NCBI GenBank assembly: GCA_002269645.1
Contig: NIVC01000094.1
Coordinates: 310,001-374,000 of the forward strand
Direction of reading: 5' to 3'
DNA: 64,000 nucleotides
Origin: Macrostomum lignano
Taxonomy: Eukaryota
Position 1 is the first letter of the stretch. Each line of letters opens with the position of its first letter. The notes under the pieces were generated by a model. That model was not told the origin of the DNA, made no database searches, and worked only from the letters and a program-made list of their open reading frames with translations. The position numbers and the translations under genes are program-made. Below, in pieces: positions 18,402 through 30,770 of the stretch.

Positions 18402-19967
18402 ATGCCTGGCCATCGAGCTGACTGCGTGGATGATGTTCTACAGCCGTCCTCTTCATCGCCGCCTGCTGACTACCTGCTGGCGCTGGCAAAAGATTCTGAA
18501 GCTGCGAGCCAAGGCGAATGCGCTTCAGATTCAACTGCTCGTCAGGAAAGAACTGTGTCAGGGGTTTGTCAAAGCAAAACAGCATCGGATGCTACTTTTC
18601 AGGACAAACCTGTGTCGGAAGATACTTGTGAGGAAAGAGCAGCGTCGGAAGCTACTTGTCAGGAAAGAGCAGCGTCGGAAGATGATTGTCAGGAAAGAAC
18701 AGCGTCGGAAGCTACTTGTCAGGAAAGAACAGCGTCGGAAGCTACTTGTCAGGAAAGAACAGCTTTGGAAGCTGATTGTCAGGAAAGAACTGTGTCAGGG
18801 GTTTGTCAGAGCAAAACAGCATCGGATGCTACTTTTCAGGACAAACCTGTGTCGGAAGCTACTTGCGAGGAAAGAACATCGGAAGCTACTTGTCAGGAAA
18901 GAGCAGCGTCGGAAGATGATTGTCAGGAAAGAACAGCGTCGGAAGCTACTTGGCAGGAAAGAACAGCGTCGGAAGCTACTTGTCAGGAAAGAACAGCGTC
19001 GGAAGCTACTTGGCAGGAAAGAACAGCGTCGGAAGCTACTTGTCAGGAAAGAGCAGCGTCGGAATCTACTTATGAGGATAGAACAACGTCGGAAGCTACT
19101 TGTGAGGAAAGAACAACGTCGGAAGCTACTTGTGTGGAAATAACAACGTCGGAAGCTACTTGTCAGGAAAGAGCAGCGTCGAAATCTACTTGTGAGGATA
19201 GAACAACGTCGGAAGCTACTTGTGAGGAAAGAACAACGTCGGAAGCTACTTGTCAGGAAAGAGCAGCGTCGGAAGCTACTTGTCAGGAAAGAACAGCTTT
19301 GGAAGCTGATTGTCAGCGCGATCGTTCAGACGCAATATTTCTCGAAGCAGCATTGGAAAAGTTCAGCTCACAAAGCCGCTATTTAACCACTGCCGCAGCC
19401 GCACACTCGGATCGAGTGCTATCTGCAGAAGATGACTCGCACAAACTGTCGCAACTGTATCGGCGGATACTGCAGCGTCAGTCGCATTATGTTGCTTCGG
19501 AGTCCTTAGAGTCCTTGGACCGAGTTTCTGAAGCAGACCTGCTGGACAACGATCCCGGACCTCGGCTGCGCAGCCAGCTGCTCAAGCAGGTTGTCGACGC
19601 AATGTCCTATGCAGCTGTTGCGGCCGCGACTGACGCCGCCATGGCTGACTTTTCCGCTATTCTAGAGCGACGCCTTGCCGACAGCTGCAGTCCACTGGAA
19701 GGTCGAAGCATCGCTGCAAGTCTCGTTGTGGACGCTCTGAAGGCGTTGGAAAATATTGGATTGATTGGCAGCGGCCGACGCCATCGGAAGGCGGTCATCT
19801 TGGTCACCGTTGGCGAGCAAGCGAACAGCTACAGAGACAGTCGGCTGTCGTGGCTAACCCGCTTCGGCGGTCTTGACGGCGGCGTCAGTAATTCGATTGT
19901 TCGAGCGATGCATTGCAGATTTAACTCGACTTTTGTCGTGATGGTCTGCCATATATTTCTTATTTAA
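18402..19967 (+). CDS. Unknown protein with an acidic Cys-containing 10-aa repeat (ERTASEATCQ) and a non-repetitive C-terminal half
   Basis: Open frame of more than 1.5 kb. The 30-bp repeat (about 18543-19313) keeps frame, and its length variant is 27 bp. About 200 aa of helical, protein-like sequence follows. The true start and any splicing are unresolved. Confidence 0.55.
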   Translation: MPGHRADCVDDVLQPSSSSPPADYLLALAKDSEAASQGECASDSTARQERTVSGVCQSKTASDATFQDKPVSEDTCEERAASEATCQERAASEDDCQERTASEATCQERTASEATCQERTALEADCQERTVSGVCQSKTASDATFQDKPVSEATCEERTSEATCQERAASEDDCQERTASEATWQERTASEATCQERTASEATWQERTASEATCQERAASESTYEDRTTSEATCEERTTSEATCVEITTSEATCQERAASKSTCEDRTTSEATCEERTTSEATCQERAASEATCQERTALEADCQRDRSDAIFLEAALEKFSSQSRYLTTAAAAHSDRVLSAEDDSHKLSQLYRRILQRQSHYVASESLESLDRVSEADLLDNDPGPRLRSQLLKQVVDAMSYAAVAAATDAAMADFSAILERRLADSCSPLEGRSIAASLVVDALKALENIGLIGSGRRHRKAVILVTVGEQANSYRDSRLSWLTRFGGLDGGVSNSIVRAMHCRFNSTFVVMVCHIFLI

Positions 19968-20066
19968 CGGGCTAGTAGTAAGCATACCAGGTATGTTAAT
20001 TTGCATTCGGTTGCAAGCAAGTTTGCATGGTGATTGGAAATTGGTAAACTTGATGCCTTACTTCAC

Positions 20067-22285
20067 ATGCACATGTATACACAGTTATCGAGTAATTGCG
20101 TAAATATGTAAAAGGCCGATTCACATTACCGTAATTGTTCATGTGTAGCTCAAACAGTGTAAATAAACCAATTTTAAAACTGAGTCTTAAAACTGGTACA
20201 TGCAGAATTCAATATTGATTTTGAATATACGAGCTACTCATCCGTGGTGCTATATTCACTCTATGCATGCAGGCATATATTTAACAGTAAATCACAGGTA
20301 AATTTTACTTCATATAACATGTACCTCTGCTAATCAATTAATGTGATCATTGTTTCAACTATATATTTATGCCTGCACGCCAAGTTATTCTCTGATTGCA
20401 CGTTGGTATGTCTATCAGAAGAGAAGTCAGGGTGGAGACCTGCACACAGCTGGACTCGATCTCTGCATGTTGAACTTTTGTGCCTGCACCTGTTTTAGCG
20501 AGATTTACTAAACAGAACAAAAATAGCAAGGTAGCAACTTCCTGTCATGATTTAATCTCAAGGACCTCCACAAACTGTATCTATTAAGTTTTGCCTGTAT
20601 ATTGGGGGTCCTTCCAAAAGCGAGAATCAATTGTTGCTGCAGTAGAACGGAAATTTGAGCCGCACAGCCGGAGGTCTCACAGGAAATTATTATTTGCTCA
20701 GAAATTCAGGCCTTTGTTTATATACATATACTACCTTTATTAAAGGCCCGCATACCGTACGCGGGTCAAAGTACAAAACTTTGGTGTGAATCCTTTTGAA
20801 AGGTTTTTAAGAAGAAAGCAATTGATTTCCAGTTCCGATCTGTGAGCTGTGAGCTCTCAAGAGCTTTGTATGGGATCCGAATTAAAAATTCCATGCATTC
20901 CTTAAAAGCTAATCACATGTATGCACATACAATTACATCAGATGGAGCATAGAGTACATGCACATGGGTACAACACATACTGACTGACTGTATAACTTTT
21001 CATGAAAATCAATTCAAGACAGTACAGGATGTAAATGAATATCAGACACCAGAATTAGTATTCAGTAGTACCGTTTACCGTGTACGGTACTTGTACGGTG
21101 AACATACCGTCTACTATGTACATATAAACAGTACACAGTAGTAGCTTGTTAAGTTAGTGCATACTGTAATGAATGTGCGACCGAGAGAAATCGTCTTTGT
21201 TAAATGCATCATAAAGCATATTAGATATAGATCGAGAGTATGCATCAGTTAAGCAAGGGGGGCTGAGCAATCGATAGCAAATAGCAATTAACGTACATCA
21301 TGATTCTGGGGGACGGGCCTGGTGGTTGGGGGGTGCAGGTGAGCATACAATAAATTCAAATTCAGCTTACTGTGTACTGTTTATATGTACATATAGTAGA
21401 ATTGACGGTATGCATGGAATTTTTAAGTCGGATTCTATCCAAAGCTCTTGAGAGCTCACAGCTCTGGGTGATCGGAGCTAGAAATCAATTGCTTTCTTCT
21501 TAAAAACCTTTCAAAAAGATTCACACCAAAGTTTTGTACTTGACCCGCGTACGGTACGCGGGCCTTTAATAAAGGTAGTATATGCATATAAACAAAAGGC
21601 CAGTATTTTTTTCCGGACAGCATGCCGAAGCCCAAACCCGGAATGAATTTCTGAGCAAATAATAATTTCCTGTGAGACCTCCGGCTGTGCGGCTCAAATT
21701 TCCGTTCTACTGCAGCAACAATTGATTCTCGCTTTTGGAAGGACCCCCAATATACAGGCAAAACTTAATAGATACAGTTTGTGGAGGTCCTTGAGATTAA
21801 ATCATGACAGGAAGTTGCTACCTTGCTATTTTTGTTCCGTTTAGTAAATCTCGCTAAAACAGGTGCAGGCACAAAAGTTCAACATGCAGAGATCGAGTCC
21901 AGCTGTGTGCAGGTCTCCACCCTGACTTCTCTTCTGATAGACATACCAACGTGCAATCAGAGAATAACTTGGCGTGCAGGCATAAATATATAGTTGAAAC
22001 AATGATCACATCAATTGATTAACAGAGGTACATGTTATATGAAGTACAATTTACCTGTGACTTACTGTTAAATATATGCCTGCATGCATAGAGTGAATAT
22101 AGCACCACGGATGAGTAGCTCGTATATTCAAAATCAATATTGAATTCTGCATGTACCAGTTTTAAGACTCAGTTTTAAAATTGGTTTATTTACACTGTTT
22201 GAGCTACACATGAACAATTACGGTAATGTGAATCGGCCTTTTACATATTTACGCAATTACTCGATAACTGTGTATACATGTGCAT
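20067..22285. mobile_element. Foldback / long inverted-repeat element, arms about 830-875 bp, spacer about 510 bp
   Basis: 20067-20898 is the reverse complement of 21410-22285, apart from scattered mismatches and a 42-bp indel (21602-21643). No coding capacity and no clear TSD. Confidence 0.85.
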
Positions 22286-22882
22286 ACATGTGTATACATG
22301 TGAAATCATGTAAACACGATTTCAAGCTGTTTATACAATGCGATTCCAAGTACTACAATCACTCAGGAAAAAATCAGCTATAACAAACCACAGAACTTTT
22401 CTGTTTTTTGTGATAACAACTTCCATTCTACAACTGTATGTTGAATTAAAGTGAAAATATGCACGATTTTGGGTACGCAAAAAATTTAAATTTCATAAAA
22501 TAACTAAACTGTTCTTCCTAACTTAACTTTATTTTAAGGTCTGAAAAGTTCAAGATGAAGATTTAGGGCACAAATTTAACGGCAATTTAGTCATAACGAT
22601 TATCGTTTTGTACAGTAAAACAAATTTAACCCTTGAATATACACAATTATTGTACTAAGTAACTAAAAATACTATTTTCTACTCATGAAAGTATTGAAAA
22701 TAAAAAAAATTTAATTATGTATAGTATAACGGCAAGACACGTAGTGTGACGTGGGAGTCTTACTATTTAAACGCGTATTAGCCTACAATTTTACTTACTC
22801 TACTTCTCATCTCTACTCAGTCTCTTTAGCTTATTACTATTAGTTGCACGTTTATTAGTACTTAGTACATCGCATTAAAACT

Positions 22883-25800
22883 ATGTTTATGTTTAAGCTG
22901 GCTCTTTTCTCCCTCGTGGCATGCGTTGCATTTGCCGACGAAGCTATCACGGAAGAGGAAGGCGTTCTTGTTCTGACTGAAAAGAACTTTGATTCTGCAC
23001 TGCAAGCGAACAAGTATATCTTGGTCGAGTTTTGTAAGTTCTGCCCATGACTGAAAGCATTTCATTACTTTTTATGAAGTTTCTTCATACAATGGTCAAT
23101 ACATATAATTTTTTTCAATAGCTAGCTAGGCGCTAGGCTTAGGGCCTAGTGAGTAAAAATTGTCTTACAGTTATAAGACTAGGGCCTAATCCGAATATTG
23201 TATAATATGCAATGCAATGCATAAAAAATTATAATGTATTGATCATACTTTAATAATAATAATAATTTAATGGAAAAATTAGCAATCTTTACCTTTTGCA
23301 TATTTAATTGTATTCTTCATTGACTTTAGTCTTAAATTTCTGAGAATCTTTTATTATAGGCAGATTCAATCAAATAGATAAATTGATGAGTTTCAATGGA
23401 TAGATTGACTGACTAAGATTGTCAATTTTCAACTAATGAAACTGGTGAATGGATAGTCTAATAGATAAACAATAATTTAACAATGAATTAATATAGTAAT
23501 ATGCAAGTAGGTGGCTAGCTTAGATTTTGATAGATTAGTATAGATTTTGACTTTGTGGTTTATTAAGCTCATTAAGTTTTGTAACTGCTTGTGTTATGAG
23601 TCTACTATATCCCATTGTCCAAATCATGCTGGGTGCATGCCCAAACAAAAATTGAATAGTTACAAAAATGCATGCCAAAAAAAATTTAGTACACACTTAT
23701 TCTTAAAAATGTGCTGATGTTGTGACAATAAATGACCTTTTCTCAATTGCATAATAGACCCTTTATTAGCAAATAATTTGGTTGATTTTTGTTTTTTGGC
23801 AATATTATTTACAGCAGAAAATTGATACAGGCAAAGATTTCTTTAAATGTTTCTTACAAGCTTGAAAAATAGGAAAAATTAAAATTTATGCTTACAAATT
23901 AACTTTCATTTTTTTCTACTTCATAATAACTCTTAGGAGTGATGCATCCCAACTGTGCACACCTAATTTTTGCATGCAAGGCCAATGCATGCCCAAATTT
24001 TTGGGCATATACTACATAATCCAAAGTATGGAGTATATCTACCTTATGCTGATTATGTCTTAAGAAAGTAAATTTCCTAAAGTAAATGATTGCCAAGAAT
24101 TTTATAAGAATTTTATTTTATAAATAAAAACATACATGCGCAACTCCCCTGATTTACACTGGCCATGCAACTTACTTTTTGACCAAAAATGCAACCTACC
24201 TATGAAAGAAACCCTAAAGCAAAATTTTGGGTGAATGGCAAGAGTAACTATGACCATCTTATCAGGCTTAAATGCCTTGGCATCTAATTAGTACTACGTT
24301 TGTATTCTTTGGGGTGGCATTTTTGCAACTTACCCCTGGTCCACCACAATTTACAGTGGCCAGATCGACTGGGTCGGCCAGCAGTTATGCATGTATGAAT
24401 AAAAATAGGGCTTCCCAAGTTGAATTTTCATTATAATTATAAACATTTTAATTATTTCATCTAGGCAGCTTGAATATGCTATTGTTATTACTATTTATTA
24501 AAAAAATTAATTAGCTATATATTTTGATTCTTTTCTTTAGATGCCCCATGGTGTGGTCATTGCAAGGCTCTGGCTCCAGAGTATGCCAAGGCTGCTCAAC
24601 AGCTAAAGGAAAAGAACTCTGAGATCAAGCTGGCCAAGGTTGATGCCACTGTTGAGGGAAAGCTGGCTGAGAAGTATGGTGTGCAAGGCTACCCAACTAT
24701 CAAGTTTTTCAAGGAGCAGACTCCCATTGAATACAGTGGTGGCCGCACTGCTGACACCATCATTTCCTGGCTAGAGAAGAAGCTTGGCCCACCTACCCAG
24801 CGCCTGGACTCTGTGGATGCTGCCCAGAAGTTCATCAATGACAAGGAAATTACTGTGATTGGATTCTTCAAGGACACCACCTCAGACAGTGCTAAGAGCT
24901 ATGAGGATGCTGCCTTCTCCAAGCTGGAGGACATCCCCTGCGGTATGGCTGACAGCGCCGATATCATGGCCGAATTCAAGGTCGACCAGGACACTGTCAT
25001 GCTGTTCAAGAAGACCGACGGCGCCAGGATCCCCTATACTGGACCCTTCACTGCTGATGAGGTCGCCAAGTTTGTCAAGAACAACAAGCTGCCCCTGATC
25101 AACGAGTTCACCCAGGAGACCGCTGGCGACATCTTTGGCGGCGATGTTAAGAAGCACCTGCTCGTGTTCCTGAAGAAATCGGACGAGGCCCAGTTCTCCA
25201 ACATCATGGACCAGTTGAAGGCTCCCGCTGAGCAGTTCAAGGGTGAGTCAAGTTTGCTTTTGAAGTCCCCACAACTGATCAGTGAACTGATTGCCTTTCA
25301 AATCAACCCTTTTCTAACCCACCTACGTTTCCACTGATTTTTTATCCAGACCAAATATTTGGTCAACTATGTCCCAGTATGCCAATCAAATTGCATTGAT
25401 CTGCTGCCAATTTGTTGGCTTTGGGGAAGAAGAGAGGTAAAGTGATATAATTAAAGGTTGAGGTTGCTATTATCTCTCCTGTCTTCCATTTATATGCTTT
25501 GTAACTATTGAGTATTTCCTTGTCAGATGTTGAGAGGAACCCCATATTCCTGTTTCACAAACTATTTTTTCAATTGTCTTGTCGTCGTTGTTCCTTAGTA
25601 ACAACACTGGGCTAACACACGGTGGCTCTATTGTAAACTGTAATGGCTTCACTGATCTTACTAGAGATGGTTACTCAGTCAATGTTGCATTGTTTCTCAT
25701 ATAAAAACATCAACCGCTTCCTCCGTAGGCAAGGCTCTGTTCATCTACGTCGACATCGGTGTCGAGGATAACGAGCGCATTCTGGAGTTCTTCGGCCTGA

Positions 25801-26443
25801 AGAAAGAGGATTGCCCGGCCGTCCGATTCATCGCCCTGGACGAGGACATGGTCAAGTACAAGCCGGAGTTTACCGACATCACCGCCGACAACTTGGCCCA
25901 GTTTGTGCAGAGCGTATTGGACGGCAAGCTGAAGCCGCACCTCATGTCCCAGGAAGTGCCGGCCGACTGGGACAAGGAGCCCGTCAAGGTGCTGGTTGGC
26001 AAGAACTTCAACGAGGTTGCCCGCGACAAGACTAAGAACGTGCTGGTTGAGTTCTACGCTCCCTGGTGCGGCCACTGCAAGCAGCTGGCCCCGATCTGGG
26101 ACAAGCTGGGCGAGGAGTACAAGAACCACGAGAACATCGTCATCGCCAAGATGGACTCCACGGCCAACGAGGTCGAGGACGTCAAGGTGCAGTCCTTCCC
26201 CACCATCAAGTTCTTCCCAGCCAACTCCGATGAGATCATCGACTACGAGGGCGACCGCACTCTGGAGGGCTTCAAGAAGTTCCTGGAGTCCGGCGGCAAG
26301 CAGGTCAAGGATGCGGTAAGTGTGCCCACTCGTCTGTTATTTTGCTTTGTCTTATTTAGAGTCCTACTTCCAGTTTCTTAATCAAGCCATCGTTACTTCA
26401 GGGTGCCGAGTCCCAGGACGACAAGAAGAAGGAGGAGCTGTAG
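22883..26443 (+). CDS. P4HB: Protein disulfide isomerase (PDIA1/P4HB-like), 493 aa, 4 exons
   Basis: Exons 22883-23033, 24541-25242, 25729-26315 and 26402-26443 total 1482 nt. Signal peptide, two WCGHCK active sites and a C-terminal KEEL ER-retention signal are present. Confidence 0.96.
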
Positions 26444-28194
26444 AATGGGTTCAACATTCACCTATGACTCTGAAGCCCGGCATGACTTTTAAACTATAAA
26501 GTTATTTCATATTTGATTGACAATTTTGTTCGTCTTTGTTCTTGTTCTACTTGTTTGTCTGTGTTTGTGTGCGCTGTTGCCTCCCCCTTGATTGTTTCGC
26601 TTGCTTTTGCATGGTTTAACTGTTATTTGGAAATACAGAGCCCGTTTATAATACTACGGCTTGCTAGTTTGAATTATTCGCATGTTGCTAAATTGGTTCT
26701 ATTGTAGCATTAGAAGAGTTAATTTAAACCAGTTATTAGCCCGCCTCCCAGCCCCCGATTTCTGAAATAATTCAGCGCAAACCGAAACACGAAGCATTCT
26801 GATCTTGTATTTTGCTATTGTTCTTGGATTCTAGCCATAATTGATATTCTGGCTGTGTGCACGGCCTCGGTCCAACTGTTCAGCACCTCCGGCTCTCCTT
26901 ATGTGCACCGAATTAAGCGTTAACCGAATACCAACTGTCCCGTTTCTGCATCATTATAATTCATATTTCGAATCGGGCCATCCAAGCCCCAACTGAGCTA
27001 AACAGTAATCTGGACTGGCTTGAAAAGTTGACAACTAATGGAACGGCAGTTCTCCGAATTCCGCTTTGCTTTTGTCTTGCCGAATCAGTGGGGAGGGGGC
27101 TCTCCTGGTGTCGGATTCTCACGCACCGCTCTAATCACCTGACATGCAGCTTGGGGTGTCTGATTGTGTGTTTTATCTGGCCCCCAGTGAGTTCTGCGCT
27201 TCCAGTACTGCTCTACCGTGGGTCCTCCCAACAATTGGCTCTTTCGCATTGCTTCATTGCAAATTTATACTAATTTACTATACATCAGTTTCAAGCTAAT
27301 CAATATATAAACCTGTCGCAGTTCCGGTGTGTTTAATTAATTTTTTTTCGGTGTCAATTCCGCAGACCAGCAGTTTGAATTAGTGCGCAATGTTCGCCTA
27401 CTTTTTATTTCACCGGCCTGTTATCTGAGTGCTATTGTTATATTCTATAGCTTTCCATTATAGCTAGATTTATTGAATTAGTGGCGCCATCGAATTCTTT
27501 GTGGTTCAGCCTAATGCAGAGTGAATAAGCTAGAGACCTGTTGTGTTATATACTCGCAAAAATTCGTTATAATTTTCTGTCCTTGTTACTTTTAGTAGAA
27601 TAAAAAAAACCTGCACTGTAAAAATTGTGCGTGCCAACGAGGCCCAAAACTAGAAATGCGTGTGGACTGAGCGCTGTTTTTGTTGAAATAAAACTAGCTA
27701 TTAAGAAACGTTTGCTCTCGGATGTGGTGTTTCTCTCCAGCTTCTGGTTTCGGAAATGCAGTAATTAAACTTTTTAAGGCTGAGAATCGAATAGTTTGAT
27801 GCACTTTATTTGTTTAGAATAAAATTCTTGTCATTGTCTGTTTGTCCCAGTCAATGTAAGCTAAGCTCTGTTTTAATGGTCTAAACACCTGTGGACTAAT
27901 AAAAATAAATCGGTCATTATGTTGCCGGCTAAAACATTGGGCTAAGTACTCTGCGTTTCTTGTGTTGTTTCTTGTAATAAAAGACATTACTCTATTCTAA
28001 ACTACTAACTACATGCCAAGTCAATAGTATGAAGCGGGTAAAGTCATTTTATTTTGAATTGTAATGAAAACGCTTCGAAAAATATGCACGCAGGCTACGA
28101 GAGTATTGGTTTTGTGCTCGATGTCTGTGCATGCATGCAGTAATAAATATTCACGGTGGCTAAATGATGAATAGTTCCGCTTGGCACTCAGATG

Positions 28195-29034
28195 TCATTC
28201 CGCTGGCACGGCGCAGCCGACGCTCACCGTCTCAACGTCGTCGCGCAGCTGACCGCCCGGCATGAGCCGCAGCACCGTGATCGGCAGCATCACGGGCACC
28301 TGGCCGGGGCAGTAGCAGCGGGCCACCGGCCGAATCATCGGGCGCAGCTGCTTATTCACGCGAACGCTGTAGGACGGCGCCGCGGTCCTCGGCGACACAG
28401 AGGGCGAGCAGACGGCCGGGCGGAACAGCTCGGCACCGGATAGGGAGCGTCTAGCGTCGCGGAGGTCCTTGCCAGTCAGCACAATGTCTCTGTTGGCGTC
28501 GGCGGCAAGCGACTCCAGGACGGCCGCGCAGCCGACCTGCTGCAGCTGGACGGTCTCCACGAAGCGTGGCCTGCCCGACGAGTCACCGTCGATGGGCAGC
28601 GGCTGCAGCTCCGTGACCGGCAGCTTCACTGTGACACAGGAGGCGCCGCCGCTGTTAGTCTTGACTCCCCGCTGTCCTGAGCAGGCGCAGGTGGAGCGCT
28701 GCACCCGGTGGATTGGAATCCCCGCGGCATCGCGTCGATTCCCTGCTGCTGGCGGACCGTCGGTTGCCAGGAATTTAGTGGGGCACAGGTGGTCGAACAG
28801 GAACTGCGGCTCCTCTGCCGGGGAGCCTGAGTGACAGTTGATGCTGCTGCTCACGTTGAGAATCTGGCGGGCTTCGCGCGCTGTGGTTGGCAGACGCTTC
28901 GGTGGCGGATGATGGCCAGGCTGCGGCACTGGGTAGCCGTGAATTTGAGGCCGCACTTGCTGAGCAGCCGCCAGCAGCAGCAGCAGCAGCAGCATGAGAG
29001 GCGGAGAAGTCAATGCTCTCGAAACTTTAGTCAT
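28195..29034 (-). CDS. Secreted protein with two tandem IL-17-like cystine-knot domains, 279 aa
   Basis: Single ORF with a hydrophobic signal peptide (LMLLLLLLLAAA). Two repeats of C-x-C ... V-x-V/L ... VGC (TCACS...QVGCAA; RCYCP...VPVMLPITVLRL...VSVGCAV) resemble the IL-17 family pattern. Confidence 0.6.
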   Translation of the reverse strand: MTKVSRALTSPPLMLLLLLLLAAAQQVRPQIHGYPVPQPGHHPPPKRLPTTAREARQILNVSSSINCHSGSPAEEPQFLFDHLCPTKFLATDGPPAAGNRRDAAGIPIHRVQRSTCACSGQRGVKTNSGGASCVTVKLPVTELQPLPIDGDSSGRPRFVETVQLQQVGCAAVLESLAADANRDIVLTGKDLRDARRSLSGAELFRPAVCSPSVSPRTAAPSYSVRVNKQLRPMIRPVARCYCPGQVPVMLPITVLRLMPGGQLRDDVETVSVGCAVPAE

Positions 29035-29454
29035 GCTTGCTATCTGGAAACTGTAATTCTGGTCACTTTTTACGGGGGTTACTCTCGTAGCATAGCGCCT
29101 CGTATTTTATACACGCAAACGCGGGTCTGACCAATGTGTTTTGTGACGCTGCAGTGTACATTCATGTAAACAGGGGTGACTAATTTATGCCACACGTGCA
29201 TAATGGGGTGGCTGACATGTGCATTGGAATTTGACTGCTGACGATTACTAAGCAGCCGGCTTAACGCTAAAGGTATGTCATGCAACACACTTGGTTCCCG
29301 ATTACAATGTACTTCACCGATTAGTCATCATCATCAGCTTCGTCACAGATAAAATCTGCTGCTGTCACTAACCTAAATACTGGATGACTACGCGTAAAAG
29401 AACAACTAAACTTACTTTCCATTGCGGTATGTCTTTCAAAATCGGGGATAGAGA

Positions 29455-30140
29455 TTGGCAATCCATTTTATTTCAATTCATTTGTATTGGCTAGATTAGC
29501 AATCCATTCTATTCCTTCATTTTCGTTGGCTAGATTAGCAATCCATTCTATTCCAATTCATTTGCATTGGCTAGATTAGCAATCCATTCTATTCCTTCAT
29601 TTGTATTGGCTAGATTAGCAATCCATTCTATTCCAATTCATTTGCATTGGCTAGATTAGCAATCCATTCTATTCCTTCATTTGTATTGGCTAGATTAGCA
29701 ATCCATTGTATTCCTTCATTTTCCTTGGCTAGATTAGCAATCCATTCTATTCTAATTCATTTGTATTGGCTATAGATTAGCAATCCATTGTATTCCTTCA
29801 TTTTCGTTGGCTAGATTAGCAATCCATTCTATTCCTTCATTTTCGTTGGCTAGATTAGCAATCCATTCTATTCCTTCATTTTCGTTGGCTAGATTAGCAA
29901 TCCATTGTATTCCTTCATTTTCGTTGGCTAGATTAGCAATCCATTCTATTCCTTCATTTTCGTTGGCTAGATTAGCAATCCATTGTATTCCTTCATTTTC
30001 GTTGGCTAGATTAGCAATCCATTGTATTCCTTCATTTTCGTTGGCTAGATTAGCAATCCATTCTATTCCTTCATTTTCGTTGGCTAGATTAGCAATCCAT
30101 TCTATTCCTTCATTTTCGTTGGCTAGATTAGCAATCCATT
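29455..30140. repeat. 39-bp minisatellite (about 17 copies)
   Basis: Unit TTGGCTAGATTAGCAATCCATTCTATTCCTTCATTTTCG. Confidence 0.95.
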
Positions 30141-30429
30141 CACTCGTATTCCTCGGCTCAGCCCCAGACTACATTAGCAGTCTCAATATAGCTCAGCCCT
30201 GCAGCCCTCTGTCCTCTCATCTCTCAGGTTCCTTGAGTGCCCGTCCGTTCCAATTAGCGTTTTGGCGCAGTCGCGGCCGGCGCTTTCTTTTAAATCCGCG
30301 CTGTCTGCCCTTTTAGGCAGCCTGAATGGCTGTCGGAACACATTTTTCGGTGGGAGAATGTAAGAACACACACACACTCACACACTCACACCGGTTTTGC
30401 TTGCTCAGAGATCTGCCCATTTCAAAAGT

Positions 30430-30770
30430 TGAAATCAAAAATGAAATCTCCCAATCGCAGTCAGGAAATCTCCAAATCTCAAACATGAGATCTTCCAATC
30501 TCAAACATGAGATCTCCCCATCTCAAACAGGAAATATCCCGATCTCTAACATGAGATCTCACAATCTCAAACATAAGATCTTCCAAGCTCAAAAGGAGAT
30601 CTCCCAATCTCAAACATGAGATTTCCCAATCTCAAACACGAGATCTTTCAAGCTCAAACATGAGATCTCTAATCTCAAGCATGAGATCTCCCAATCTCGA
30701 ACAGGAGATCTCCCAATCTTAAACATGAGATCTCCTAATCTCAATCAGGAAATCTCCAAGTTCAAACAAA
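30430..30770. repeat. Degenerate repeat of about 21 bp (TCTCAAACATGAGATCTCCCA-like)
   Basis: Recurrent TCTCAAACATGAGATCT motif. Confidence 0.75.
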
